A DNA stretch of 64,000 bases, from assembly GCA_907165135.1 (NCBI GenBank), contig OU015569.1, forward strand, positions 11,346,001-11,410,000, written 5' to 3'. The stretch's first letter is position 1; each line of letters opens with the position of its first letter. Under the pieces are notes generated by a model that saw only the letters and a list, made by a program, of their open reading frames with translations, ran no database searches and was not told the DNA's origin. The stretch is from Oikopleura dioica. Taxonomy: Eukaryota > Animalia > Chordata. The translations under genes and the position numbers were made by a program. Below are positions 37,481-50,913 of the stretch, one piece after another.

Positions 37481-38666
37481 ATTGCCAACCGGCCATATTT
37501 TGATCTTCAAGCGGATATTTTTCATTTTAGAGTTCATAACAAATTTCTAAGAATTTCCAAGAAATTTCATATTGAAAAAAATTGAATATCCTTTGCTTGT
37601 ATTTCTACTCATTTTCGCCCTGCTCATCTTTTTTTTCTCTTACTTTTTGGTGCTCCTCAGATATTTAATTTTTTTTTTGAAAAAAGCTGCTCAGCAATGC
37701 ATCTCTCCGCAGGGCCCACTGTTTGCTTTTCAAATCAAACCGAAACATTTTTATATGATTAAAATCAGACTCTTTGCTCGCGCCTTCATAACACTGGGCA
37801 GGCAAAAACCGTTTCCTCTGGTAAGTTATTCTTCCTTGATTGCAAATGATAAAAGAAAAAGTATTCAATAGTAGTTTTTGTTTTATTTAGAACTGAAGAC
37901 TTGAGATGTATAAATTGTGGTACTTTTTCGATATTTGCCAATAAACAGCATAGAACACGAGAAAATTTGGACTTTGAAAATTTGCATTTTTTTATAAAGC
38001 GCATCACAATGTAATGAAAGAATAAATAAAGAAGTAACAGCTCCTCTTGAGAAGTTGAAGCTAATTCAAAAAGGTTAAAGATAAAGGTACATTTTCGAGG
38101 GCTTTTCCGCTGCTCTGTCGGTTGTTTTTTGATGAGCGACAGGAGGGATTAGAAAAGAGAGAGAGAAAGGGTCGTTTCGGCGAGAGAAAATCTCGCTTTA
38201 AATATCATCAACTTTGGAGGAAGGATCAAAGTCTCTGCTTAAAAATATGGTGCGGGAGAGAAAGAGGGAGAAGAAATGTCAGTGTGGATTTGCCCTAATT
38301 CGCCGATGAAAGGTCAGAAAACGAAGATAGAGGTACCAGAAGTGTTGCTAACAGCCTTCACATGAGCCCGCATTTGGCGGCTGTTGTCTCTTGGAAAGTT
38401 TGTGATTGCCTCTCGCGCAAGAAAAAAAAGGGGCTAAACCTTGATGAATCCTTTGTAACATATAAGAAAAGATAAACAGGCTGGCAAGACCTAGGAAATA
38501 GAAAAATAAATTTGGCAATGACCAGGGAAAAGTAACGGACGGTTAACAAAAATAATTGTAAAGATAGGATGATTGTTTAAAAACGGCCAAAACCAGTTGG
38601 TTTTTTTCAGAGGCTGGTCACGAGACGGGTTCACCCAAAAGTTCATTGAAAGGAAGGATCATCTGA

Positions 38667-41600
38667 TCACTGGTAGACGTTGGAAATATTGAGCGGCGCC
38701 ATTAAGGGTTGATTCGACATGAGCGACAGTTGCTGCGACTAAAAGAAAAGATGGCTTCGTATTCCTTCATTTTTTAGAGTACCTGAGCGATATAGTTTTG
38801 AATATCATTCGTGCTCATTGTTTGATAATTAAGACCGTTTCTGCTGGCGTCCGTTCCAGAGGAATTGGCCCCGACGGCGTTGGTCAGCGCTGCCGCCGCC
38901 GGGTTGTAGTGGATGGCGCCGTAGTTGCCAAAAACTAAAGAAAAGAGGATGAAAAGTGGAACTTGGAGAAGCAAGTGGCGTACGTGGTAGATTGGTGAAT
39001 TGATAGGACATCTGGCTGGATAGCATCGGGTTCAAGTAAACCCCGGGCAAGCCTAAATTGAATAAATTAAGTGGCGCTTTCAAGCACGTAATTGAAGGGA
39101 GAAATCTCTCCTCCCTTCAACCAAGAAACGATAGAAACACTACGCTAAGTGAGACTACTAACCAAAGTGAGCAGGTTGGCTACCTTGTACTAAAAAGGCC
39201 TGATTTGCCATTCTCTTTTGTGACTGGTTGGGCATCATCACATCCTTAGGCTGTGCCTTTTTGCACTCGACCTGCAAGAAGCAACTGGTTAATCCTTCCT
39301 TTTCAAAGCTTCCCTAACTCAACCGGCAGCAGCTTTTTTTAAGATTTACAATAAAAGAGGCGATTGCTATTTTTGGAAGCCCCGAAATTTCATCCATCAA
39401 ATGGAGGAAGCTTCCTTTTCATGAATTTTTACGAAGTGGAAAATCGAAAAATTATGATCTCTAATTAGAGCGCAAAAACTCGAGATCTCACCAAGGATTT
39501 TTGATCACGTGGTTTTTGAATTATCATTGCTTCTGATTAACTTTTGATACAATCATTATTAGGGCCGATAGCTTGCCGCCCGTAGGGTCAAGCAGACAGC
39601 CCGCTTGGACCAAAATTTTAAACTGGACCCGGGAAACGATTGCGGGCAAGAAAATGTTGATAGCGGCAAGTTTTTACCAAAAGATCTCCTTTGAATTATT
39701 TGAAAGACGTTCTTTTTTGCCCCTAAAATGTTGGTAAAAACTTCTGTCATGAGCTTAAATTGTTGATTCGGGATGAAATGGGGATAATTTCAAAGTCTTG
39801 ATTTATAAGGAGACAACAATTAAGAGCACATGACTGATTTTTTAGCATCATTCTAGGACATGAAATTTTTCCTACAATTTAGGGGAGATCTTTTGGTAAA
39901 GAAACGTCTATTCACCGTAAGCAGGCAATATTTTTTTTTCAAAAAGAACCAGTCATAAATATAAATAATCTAGCTAGAGTGAAAAAACAACGTCTACGTA
40001 ATTAAAATGATCAGCAAGCAAGATCAGACGGTCATCGTCGCGATCATTTGCCAAAATCAATTATTCTGTGAGCGCCACTAAGTGTGCTACCGGCTGGTAA
40101 TAAAGCTACAGTAAGATAGGAGTAGTATACATACAGTTTTGTTGTTGATTTCGTGGTAGTGGATCTCCACTACGTTTTCAACAGCGTCCTCACTGTCAAA
40201 AGTGACGAAACCGAAGCCTCGGTGGCGATTTGTCTGCCGGTCGAACATAAGCATCGCTTCTTCCACCTACAATCAAGTGTTACAGTCAGTTTTTGCCCGA
40301 AAATTCTCTTCAAAAGAGACTCCTAAACATTGTAGACTAGAAATCGGTGTAAGTTAGGGTTGGGTTAGGGTTAGTATGAAAATTTAAAATTTGAGCCCAA
40401 AAAGATCGATTTTTTGGATTTATTTGGTGCTCAGAAAATTGACAATCTTGGGCCAAAGTTTCAGTGCTGAACTGCGAATTTTAATTTCAATGTCTGGTCG
40501 ACAATTTACGCGAGGGCTTTCAGTATTAATAGAATGTAGTCCCTACCTTTCCGTATTTCGAGAAGTAAGCGGTCAGGTCCGCCTGAACAGTAGAAGCAGA
40601 TAATCCACCGACGAAAATTTTCTTTGTTCGTGTCACCATCTGAAAAATTTTTCAATACACGAAAACGAAAACGAAAGAAGAAAGATCGTACATGCACCAA
40701 AAAATAGAGCCGTAAGGATGCACCAAGTGGCAGTAAAATTGTGTAAAATAGAAATTCTGTTTATTCAAAGTGATTTATAACGAATTCGCTGCTTCAAAAT
40801 CGCAGAAAAAAAACGGGTGCTCGAAAAAAAAACGATAAATCGGCCTGCTGTTTCAAATTTGGACGAGATGGAACATGCCCCGGACGAGGACTTATGGGCT
40901 AATCCGGCCTTGCTTATTTGATCCAAGACAGGCGAGAGAGAGGTTTGATCAAGGAAAGAGGTACTACACATAAAAAGCGGGGTTACGTGGCCCATGTATG
41001 CCAGTATAAAAAGCGTTTATAGTCCTGGGATTTTTTTCGCGCTGCGAAAATCAAATTCCAACAAAAAGGAACTTGCATTATTTTCAAAAAGAAAACGCCG
41101 AGACAATGAAAATTTCGGGTCCTATTGAAAGTTGAAGTTGGTCATAGCAATTAACTCCTGAAATGGAGGCTATTTACGGCTTTCCCGTGCGTAAAATCGC
41201 CCAAAAAAAAAAGTTTCAAGACAACAAAAGCGATACAAGCAGTGTAAGCTACAATTCACAAACGAGGTTCAATTCAGGTCGAGTCAGGAAATCTATGATA
41301 AGTGGGCTCAATTATCAATTTACCTGCTTTTCGGAGCTGTCGTACATGATGAGGAGTTAGTCTCTTTTACTCGCGAATTAGTGAACAAAAAAGTTGACTT
41401 TTTGGATTTTTTTTGAGAGGTTTTGTTTTTTCCGAGAATTCTCTTTCTAAGAGTGAAAATGTCAAAATGACTATGAAGAAGGAAAATGTCGATAGAAGAT
41501 GTGAGAGCGCAGTAAGAGCGGTGGCAAGAGCCGTGGCAATCAGCGCGCTCAATGGCGCCTCGCGAAAAGAGAAAAAAATGCTCACATCTCCACCAGTTAG

Positions 41601-44270
41601 GGGGGCAGCCATAAATTATCCGACGACTTTTGTCGGACACGTTATCATTACACTGCTAATGTAAAGCCCGCATCCAACATGACACACATCCGCCTTTGAG
41701 AAAGTAGTTTCTTGCTTACCTTTGGCGTGCACTTCTTCGGGAAGGCGACTTTCGGGTCGATCTGAAACAATATGTTACAGTAGTAGAAATGACTGTAGTT
41801 TTTGTTAATCACAAATGCTAAGTTTTGAATAAGTGGCCAAAAAAAGTATTGACATTGAAAATAAGTGTGCTCTAAGCGAGCCAAACTCGCAACAGTTTAG
41901 GCTGAAATTCCAATTTTCGGATATTAATTTTGGAAAAATCTTCTTTAGTAAGTAAAACCTTGCGTGGATCCTTCTGACTAGCAATTTATGCAACCCTACT
42001 TTGATCAAGTTCTTGGGAATCAAAGCTCAACGATGGCGCAGCAAGGACTACCTCCGGAAAAATGGACTCAAAAATGACTAGAGATTAACCATCTGAAATC
42101 GTAGGAAAAATGAGGATTAAATTAACGACCCTTATTCATCAGTTATGTTCTAACTGTTATAATAAGCTGCATCAGTGCAAATGCAATTTATTGCTTACCA
42201 TTTTTTCGTCGATTTCATGTCTTCCTACCGCTAGAACGGCCTCAATAGCAGCGGGATCGGCAAAAGTGACGAATCCAAAGCCCCTGAAAAGAAAATGAGT
42301 AAATCGAGAACGGATTTCGGGATTCTGCAAACAGCTACTGTAGCCGTCATAAACTGCAGAAGGCAGTTGCGCGAAATGCAATTACAAGAGGGACCGGCGC
42401 CCAATTCTTGCAATAAAGGGCGATGTCTCGCATGATCAAACTCCAGGGCTGTGACAGTTTAATTTTTTACACAACTCCCAGCAGCCTTCATTAACCTCGT
42501 AAAAACCACCCTCAACAGGAGAGAAGAGGGGCAACAATAGAATTTTTAGGCGCAACTGTAACAATAGCGAAAAATCGCAGTCTGCGATTTCTGAAGATTA
42601 ATTATTTGCTGCGAAAAAGAAAAGAAGACGAGATTCACTTACCGTGACCGTTTTGTGTTGGGATCCTTTTTTGAGAAGTTTCGAAAGCTGCAATGTCAGA
42701 GGGCAATAAAATGCAGAGCATAGTAATTGCCATCTTTCAAAGCCAATTACAATTTGTAAAAGCGAAAGTAACAATACCAGCTCTTGTAAAATTAAGCATT
42801 CTAGCGCGGGAATAATAGAATAAAGAAATGAAACTCTTCCTTCATGACCATCGCTTCTTTGAGCTCGCCAAACTTGGAAAAGTATTCTTTTAGACTTTCT
42901 AAATGATTGCGTCCATGTTAATCGACAAAGGTCATTGCATTCGACATTTACCGGTTGTAGTTTGCCATGAGAGTCCGCCGATAAACATTTTCCTAAATAA
43001 AAGAAATAAGAGTAAACAACAGAGGATCAAAATCTAGTCGAGTTTGTTTGGTGCGCTTGTCGCGCTTTTTCGGAAATAATTATCTCCGACTTCGGCTCCG
43101 AGTTGCATCAACAACGAAAAAGAGATTGCCAATTTCGATAGATTTAGAAATAGAAGGAAACAAATAATAATTTCCGCCTTCTTTTGAGATTTGAGATTGC
43201 CTTATTCTCTGGCCCAAATCGTTGATCAGCTCTTTTCCCTGCAAATTTTGAAGCTTATTTGTGTTAAAACCTTTTTCGTTTGCCCGGAAAATGGAGCTAT
43301 TTGCATCTCAAATTCTCGCAGGGAAAAACGATCCAAAAGCCAACCTGTTTTTAAATGGTATGGAAATCAGGATTCCGATTCCGGCTGAGCAATGAGCGGT
43401 ATTTGAGCGTGAGCGAGCGGAAGGATGTATTTAACTCTGCGGCTTGCGCGGCTTAAATTTATTTTCAACTCGAAGCCGCAAGCGGCCATTCGAGTTTTGT
43501 TTATCGCTCCGCTCGCTCAAGCTCAAACATCGCTCATCGCTCAGCCGAAATCAGAGCCTTGATTCAATTACCATAAGTTATGGTCCATAACTAATTAATT
43601 TTAGAAAATTCATATTTTATATCAGACAATAAAAGATCGCGAAATGACTGTTTATTTAAAAGAAAGCCACTACAAAAGCCCAATTCACTCGTTCCGGTAC
43701 TTTTGCTCAGAGACAATGAGCAGCCAGCTTTTCTGGAAATATCAGAAACAAACAGTTTCTTTGTTTCGCTGAAGCAGCCTCCTCGTGACCCTTGTACGTA
43801 TCGAATTTGATGAGCTAATAATTACAGAACTATGGTTCGTTCGGCAGAAAAATTGAAAATTTTCAATTGGAGCGAAATAAGCGAGATTACCACAAGCACT
43901 AGTTCCTTGTTTGTGGCGCTACTTGAAGAGTCTAAGACAATGGCTCACCGACAGGTGCAGCGTTTTCGAAGTTCGAAAATTATTCACACGTTTTTTTTTC
44001 GACTAACAAAAAAGTACTTGCCCCTTTCTTTCTCGCTTACCCAGGTTCGTGGTCGGAGTCTGTCGAGTCCGTCGACTGTACCTCGACATTCTCCAGTTCC
44101 AAGTTATCAGTACAGTTGACGGAAGAATTTCCTAAGACGAGAGCAGAACAGCCCAGCTGATCTGGTTCTGCTTTGAAGGTTTTTGAAGCTGGCCCGTTTT
44201 CATCGTCGAAAATGATTCCCATTTCGGAAGTTTGGCTTGTCGGAGAGTCAAGAGTCCTCGTTGATTTCAC
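38667..44270 (-). CDS. MSI: Musashi RNA-binding protein (2 RRMs)
   Basis: [84 protein letters not shown]; stop TGA 38667; start uncertain. Confidence 0.93.
43366..43562. mobile_element. Palindromic MITE in a Musashi intron
   Basis: About 55-bp imperfect inverted arms (ccggctgagcaatgagcg.. / ..ctcatcgctcagccg); interior gcggctt/aagccgc motifs as in the 19996 family; no TSD seen. Confidence 0.7.
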
Positions 44271-45704
44271 TTCAGCTCTGTTTCTTTTCCCCTCGCTTTT
44301 CTCTCTGATTTAGACTCTAAGAAGCAGCAGAAGATTCTTGATTTTCCGGAGATTTTCTTGGAAGTGATGGTCTTTGCTCGTTTTCTTCTTTTTCTAATGC
44401 TGCGTTTGGGGCCGAGTGCGTCGTTCTCGGCCCAGTTGAATGGCCTCTCCTCGTGCTTTGTTATCTTTTGTGCGAGAAGGCTTCACAAAAGAGTCCGAAA
44501 ATTTTTCAGCTTTAAGATTTTTGTCTTATTTAGGTTAATGCAGCTCAAGGGTTAAACTTTCTTTGCTAACTGGCGGGATCAGCCATCTATTGCAAAATGC
44601 GCGGCGCAGCAGGGGACAGAAGATGTATCTTCTTTCTTGTTTTTGCCGAAGTTAAGGTGATTACCCCTCCTATCGCTGCTCTACTTAGGAAAAACACGTA
44701 CTAATGCACACGGCACGCGGCTTTGATTCTTTCTGTTTTGATCGTCCCTTTTTTTTCTCGATTAGAAATTTGATCGAATTCGGTGAGATAGATACATGTA
44801 GACACTGACAATGGACAGTGTGTGCTTGTGTGTGCCGAATACTTAAGGCCCCTCGTAATATAACGGAAGCAAATATTGAGATCGACGTGATTTTGGACAC
44901 TTTTTTTTAACGATTATTAGCAAATTTGAATGCTTGTTAAATCGATAAGCTATAGTAGTCGCCCATTTCTGGAGGATAAAAATTTTGAATTAGGACTGGG
45001 TCCGCTTGTAAGAAAGATACCTCCTACTGTAGTGATTACAGTAGCTTTTGTTCACAATAGTATTGCTAGTCTCTAACAGATTCATGCTCTTACTCGCGCT
45101 GAATAAATGAATTCGGACTCTTTTCTTGCTCATTTGCTCTTTCATGATCTTTTTGTTGATAATTTCATCGTATATTTTTTCAGAGTGCGTGTATTTTTTT
45201 TTTATTTATTTGCGTGCGAATAATTTCGCGTGAATAAATCTGCAGCGCGGTGTAAATGTATTTGAAGTGGGCGGTCTAGAGCTTGTCCGATTGTCCGATT
45301 TTAGCAAGAGCTTTTCGTTCTCCCCGCTCGGGGCAAAAGTACACGCACAGGAGACACGGACGGGATAAACTCGGGGATGAGCTGCATTCCGCACTGTAGT
45401 TCAGCGCAGTTTTAAAAATGCCCCGACCGAATTAGAGCCGATTATCTGGCGCGGAAGATAGAATGGAGTTTGGATGTTGCAATCGATCTGCCTTCCTGCT
45501 GGCTAATAAGTTGGACGTTTCTTAAAGAACCTGATTTAATCCGTTGATTTTTCAAAAAAGACGTTTGTGCTGAAGATAGTAATGATCTCGATTTACTTAG
45601 ATGTCACTTGAAAATGCGAAAATTTCCCACAATGTCATCAAAATTGAACACAAAGTGGAGGGACTTGTAGCTTGCTTTTCCCCAAAATTTTATTCTTTAT
45701 TTAG

Positions 45705-48700
45705 ATCATCATCGAGGAATGAGAAATCATGACTGGTGTACACAAATGAAGTGGTTATTATGATTTACAGAGTAAATATTCCGCGGAATGTAAATTTGCT
45801 TGGAGAGCGATAAACTGGTTCATCTTACATTCGCGTAGATTAAAAAATTCTTGAGAAAAATGACACAAGGAGCTTGAAGAATCAATAAGAACTAGAATGG
45901 AGACTCATCAGGGAGAGCTACTTTATGGAACCAGTGGAAAATTCGGTAAATAGAAATCCTTTTTCGCGCTCGTTTGTTTTACCAATAAACTAAGATATTG
46001 ACAATTGCTATCTAGGAAAGTATTTAAAAGTCCGCGGCGATGATCCGGCAGAGGCTTTTTGGAACGTGGCAATTAGCTCTTGGGAGCTAAAAAAGCCAAA
46101 AATGATCATTTCCGTTGTCGGTTCTGGCGCGAGTTTGAAACTGAGTCCCGTCATTCGCGAGAAATTCGGCCGCGGTCTAATCAATGCTATCCTTTCTTCG
46201 AACGCCTGGGTTTTAACTTGCGGAACGAATGTCGGAATCGCGAAAGAAGTTGGCAACGCCATCGCTAAATACGCACTCGGCTGCGCCGACGACATCAACT
46301 TGATTGGCTTCGTCGGTTGGAACACGCTCAGCGAGTTCAATCGCACTGGAATGGAACAGAACCCGAACAGGCGACATCCTTACACAGCCACTGGCGACGT
46401 CAGAGCATTGGACCCACATCATCGTTTTCAATGTTTCGTCGATCACGGCGGCCTGGGAGAGCATGGGAAAGAAATGACTTACAGAACCCGCGTTGAGAAT
46501 TTTCTCCGAAGCAATCCAGGCGAAGAAGTGAACATCTTCTCCGTTCCAAAGTATCAAGTGCCAACAGTGTGTGTAGTCGTACAGGGTGGATGGACCAGCT
46601 TGAAGAAGGCGTACAAAGCAGTTATGGAAGGAATTCCAGTGATTTTGCTCAAAGGATCAGGTGGCTTCAGCGACGTTATTGCTGAAGCATTGGACCTCAA
46701 AATGGACCAAATAACGCCAGCGAAGGTGATAGAACTGATGGAAGAAAACGATCTTGGCGGCAAAACAAGCGACATTACCGACATCAAAAAGTGGACACGA
46801 TGGTTGCTGAGCATGCTTCAGTACAATATTATGTTTGACGGAAAACTGATAAACGTCTTTTCTTTCTCAGGCAACTCGGATAATTTCATCGATAAAGCAA
46901 TTTTGAATGCTATTCTTTCGCTCGAAAAATCACTGGCGATGAAGATTTACATTTGCATGGCTTGGAATCGACCGAAAAAAGCACGAGAAATTTTGGAAGG
47001 CACTGACGAGATTGAACAACTAGCGCCCAAAGACAGACGAATTCTCTTCCGAACCTGCATTCTCATGGATAGGGTAAAGTTTATGGAGATTTTGTTCGAC
47101 TTTGACATTGTCAATCGCTCGTTTTTAAACGCGATGAGGTTGGATCCAAAGTATGGTCAGATGTTGGTGCGCTTTTACCGCGAGACACCGCAGTCTGAGT
47201 CGCCCGCTTACACACTTTGGGCAAGGCATCTTCCAGGAGAACAGGTCACCATTGCAAATTTGGCGAACTTTGAAAATATCATCTTCAAAATGGATGGTTA
47301 CATATCCTGTTACGACATCGACCAAATGACTTTCAAGGGAATCGAGCCATTCTATCCGATGAGGGACTTGTTCTTCTGGTCGCTGCTTATGGGTCATTTT
47401 GAAATGTCTTTTGCCCTGTTTTCTAATGTCGATCTTGGCCTCACTGCTGCCCTAGCTGGTATTAGAATTCTAAAACGGTTGGCAGAAAACTGCGACAATG
47501 AGACTTTTCTGGTGCAAATCGACGAGTACTCGAGAAAATTTGAACTGGCGGCGAAGGGAATTCTGGACAAGTGCTATGAACACTCCCGCCAGGATGTAGT
47601 GCGGCTTTTATTGAGGAAGGTGCCGCATTTCGGCGATGTGAAAATGATCGATTTGGCGATTGCTGCTGGTTCGCGCCTTATCAAAACGCATCCTGGCGTA
47701 CAAATGGTTACTGCCTGCGCCTGGCAAGGTTCAATGGGATCATCAACCAACTGGTCGCGCATTCTTCTTGGACTCGTCTTCCCGCCTATTTTGCTGTGGA
47801 AAAAGTTTATTACATTCTACTATTCTGACGACGTTGTTCTGTCGGACTCGGAGAGCATGCTTTTGGTAGCAGTGGCGGCGGAATTGCACGATTTGCGCGC
47901 TCCTTCTGCGATGATGGATCAGACGCCGCAGCCAACTAGGAGTACAAGTATTCAGATGGAAAAAGTAGTAACCGACGGAGATTCAATTATGGGCGACGAG
48001 GAGGATACGAAGCGTCTTATGGAGCTGCGAGAAGAAAATGAAGACGATGACGTTTACATCGAGGACGGTCTCCCTGTGAATTTAGTCGAGCCCTCTTGGT
48101 TCATGCGCTTAGCTCTATTCTATTCCGCACCGCGAGTGATCTTTACGACGCACAATATCTCATTTGCTATTTTTCTTACTCTTTTTGCGCGTGTTCTCCT
48201 CCTTGATTTCGGGACGACGCCTTCGTGGACAGAGTGGGTTCTTTCTTTTTGGGTATTCTGCTTCGTCATCGAAGAAGTCAGACAGATCTTTGAGGCGCCT
48301 TCGATCTCCAAAAAGCAAGGTGCGTTTTTACACTATATTCGAAAGGGATTGATTGAATGGATAACTGACAGCTGGAATATCATTGATTTATTCGGCTTTG
48401 TTACATTCTACGTCGGCTTTTTCATGCGCTTCGTGACAAAGGAAGAGCTGCAAGAATGCGACGCTTACATGATCTACCAAAACGAATCAAGCTCGTGCGA
48501 AGAAATGAGCGTTGACAAGAATATGTACTGGTCGCACGGGCTGATGTGCATCAGCTTCGTGCTCTACTGTCTTCGGTTGCTGCACATTTTCACCATGAGT
48601 CACAATTTGGGCCCGAAGTTGGTCATGATCCGGAAAATGATGAAGGATATTTTTGTCCTCCTCTCTATTTTGGCCGTCTTTATCATGTGTTACGGAGTTG

Positions 48701-50603
48701 TTTCGCAAGCCTTGCTGTATCCTAATCACAACGATGTCCTTTTTACTTTTCGGCGAATGTTCAGGAGAGCGTATTTTCACATTTACGGAGAACTGTTCCT
48801 TGAAGAAGTCGAATTCATTCCGGATGTTTCCGAACTCGAATGTACCTACAGTCCGTCAGAAACAGCCGAAGATGGAATTCCAAGATGTCCAATTGCCGAT
48901 AGCTCTGATCACATGCCACTCGTTCCAATTTTCATGGCCACTTACATGATCATTGCTAATGTTCTTCTGCTCAATCTTCTGATCGCTATGTTTGCCAAAA
49001 CCTACGACAAGGTTGAAGAAGAAGCTGAAGAGGTCTCAAACTATTTACAGTACGAGCTGATCATGGAATATTACACAAAACCGCCTCTTCCAGCGCCCCT
49101 CAATTTTATTTCCATTATTCACAGAGCGATTTCAAAACGAATGCATAACGAGGACGACCAGTCTGATTCCAAGTCTCGCTCATTTTTCAACAGTGGCAGC
49201 ACAAAACTTCTTGCATTGGAGAAATGGGGCACCGACAGTTATTTCAACGAGATTAAAACAGAAGAGCTGGCGCCTGTTCGCGAGTTGATTCAGAACTTGG
49301 AAGACACTGTCGATGAAAACCGAACTCAAGTCATCAATCAGTTCGAAATTGTTGGAGCCTCGCAAGACGCCTTTCAGTTTATGATGGAACAACATTTCAA
49401 GCAAATGTCGGAAACGATGCGTTGGATGACCCAAGCGATGGTTCAGAGCGACATCACTGTATCTGAGGGAGATTATGCCGGGCCTCCGCCGAATATTCAA
49501 GTAAAAATGACATTATTTTATCAAAAATTAATACTTGCTAGATTCCTCTCAATCTGAGGCAAATTTTATCAAACGATTCGAAGCATAAAAATCACAAAAT
49601 GGCTCGCGCTCCTTTCTATGTTCTCCATGCGGGAGGAAAGATCCGACGCTTTCCGGTACCTGACGCTAGAGTCTCGTGGCAAACTGCTTATCCCTCTTAC
49701 GATCCGGAGAAATACTCTCAACCTGACGCTTCGTCGACTAATATTGACAAGCTTACTGATGAGGAAATGGCGGATATAAGAAATCCGGTCGGCCGAACCG
49801 GTATTTCGGGAAGAGGAAGGCTTCAAACTTTCGGTGAAAATAGACAGTAAATTGAATAAGATTTTGTCAGAATTCTTCAATGATTTAGGCTGATTTTACT
49901 GGTTTGGCGATGGCTGAATGATGCAGACGGTGAAAATGTGACCACGGGTGGTCAAAATATGATTCAAGTTCTCGCCATCAGGTAGAGTAGTTTGAGAGTT
50001 TACCATTCATAAAATATATTTTGTAGAAAAACAAGATATCTCCAGTGGCAGTTGCCGAAAGTATTCGCAGATGACGAAGTTGACTTGCCCGTGCAATTCA
50101 GGTAGCATCTCTTTTGTGCTTAACAATTACTGTTGTGTAGGGCGATGTTTTACGAACAGTGTTTCGGAAGAGGAACAATGAGCGAACATGTCAGGGAAAA
50201 TTTCAACTACATGTTTTCGGAATCAAACGAAGCGTACATGTGTCCACTTCATGAAGGTACTCATCTATGTCTCCCTTAGGTAACGCCTTTTAGACTACAT
50301 CGACGATCATAAGAACACGGATAATGCATGGGTCCACGGCACATGTGTCGCATTTGAGCTGAACTTCGAGGTGGATTTTGATACTTCCGAGGAGATGAAA
50401 AACAACGAGCTTCTTTGCACTCTCAATGGCTCACCAGGCGGAGTAGCAAGCTGGATCACAATCACAGGTACCTGCTTACTTTCTCTCTGACAGAAAGGCG
50501 AAATTCTATTCTAGACGGGATCAAAATCTACGAGCCACACCTTCACTTGATCGAACAACTTGCTGATCGAGAGTGCGCCCATTTTGCCAGAAAAGTAGAA
50601 TGA
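45705..50603 (+). CDS. TRPM2: TRPM2-like cation channel with C-terminal NUDT9-homology domain
   Basis: MHR regions, S2-S3 EEVRQ/WNIID, pore HIYGELFLEE, S6 NVLLLNLLIAMF in one exon 46017-49500; five short 3' exons give RFPVPD.RVSW, NPVGRTGISGRG, YIDDHKNTDNAW; stop 50601-50603; 5' start uncertain. Confidence 0.9.
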
Positions 50604-50913
50604 CGGTCTACTATATTTAGAATAATTAAAAATCATTATTGATGCGAAAACCCTTTTCTACCTGAAATGAACAATAAAACCGACAATGTTCATCACTAGA
50701 ATGTCACTAAAATCGGAAACAAAATTGTTGAATGGCGCAATAGAATCAATTGTCAATCGAGCCAATCAAAGCAACCGAATTGATGGAATGGATTCCATTC
50801 AATGGAAGTTTATTTTATTTTCAGAGAAGTAAAAAACAAATTAGCAGAGTTTATAAAAATAAAAGAAATAATTAGAAATCAAGAGTAGAAAAAGTGGGTT
50901 AAAATGTGGAAAG

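Noticed and set aside
40351-40375. Interstitial telomere (gttagggttgggttagggttag)
   Set aside because: Only two exact TTAGGG units inside an intron; a similar motif lies in the MITE at ~11630.
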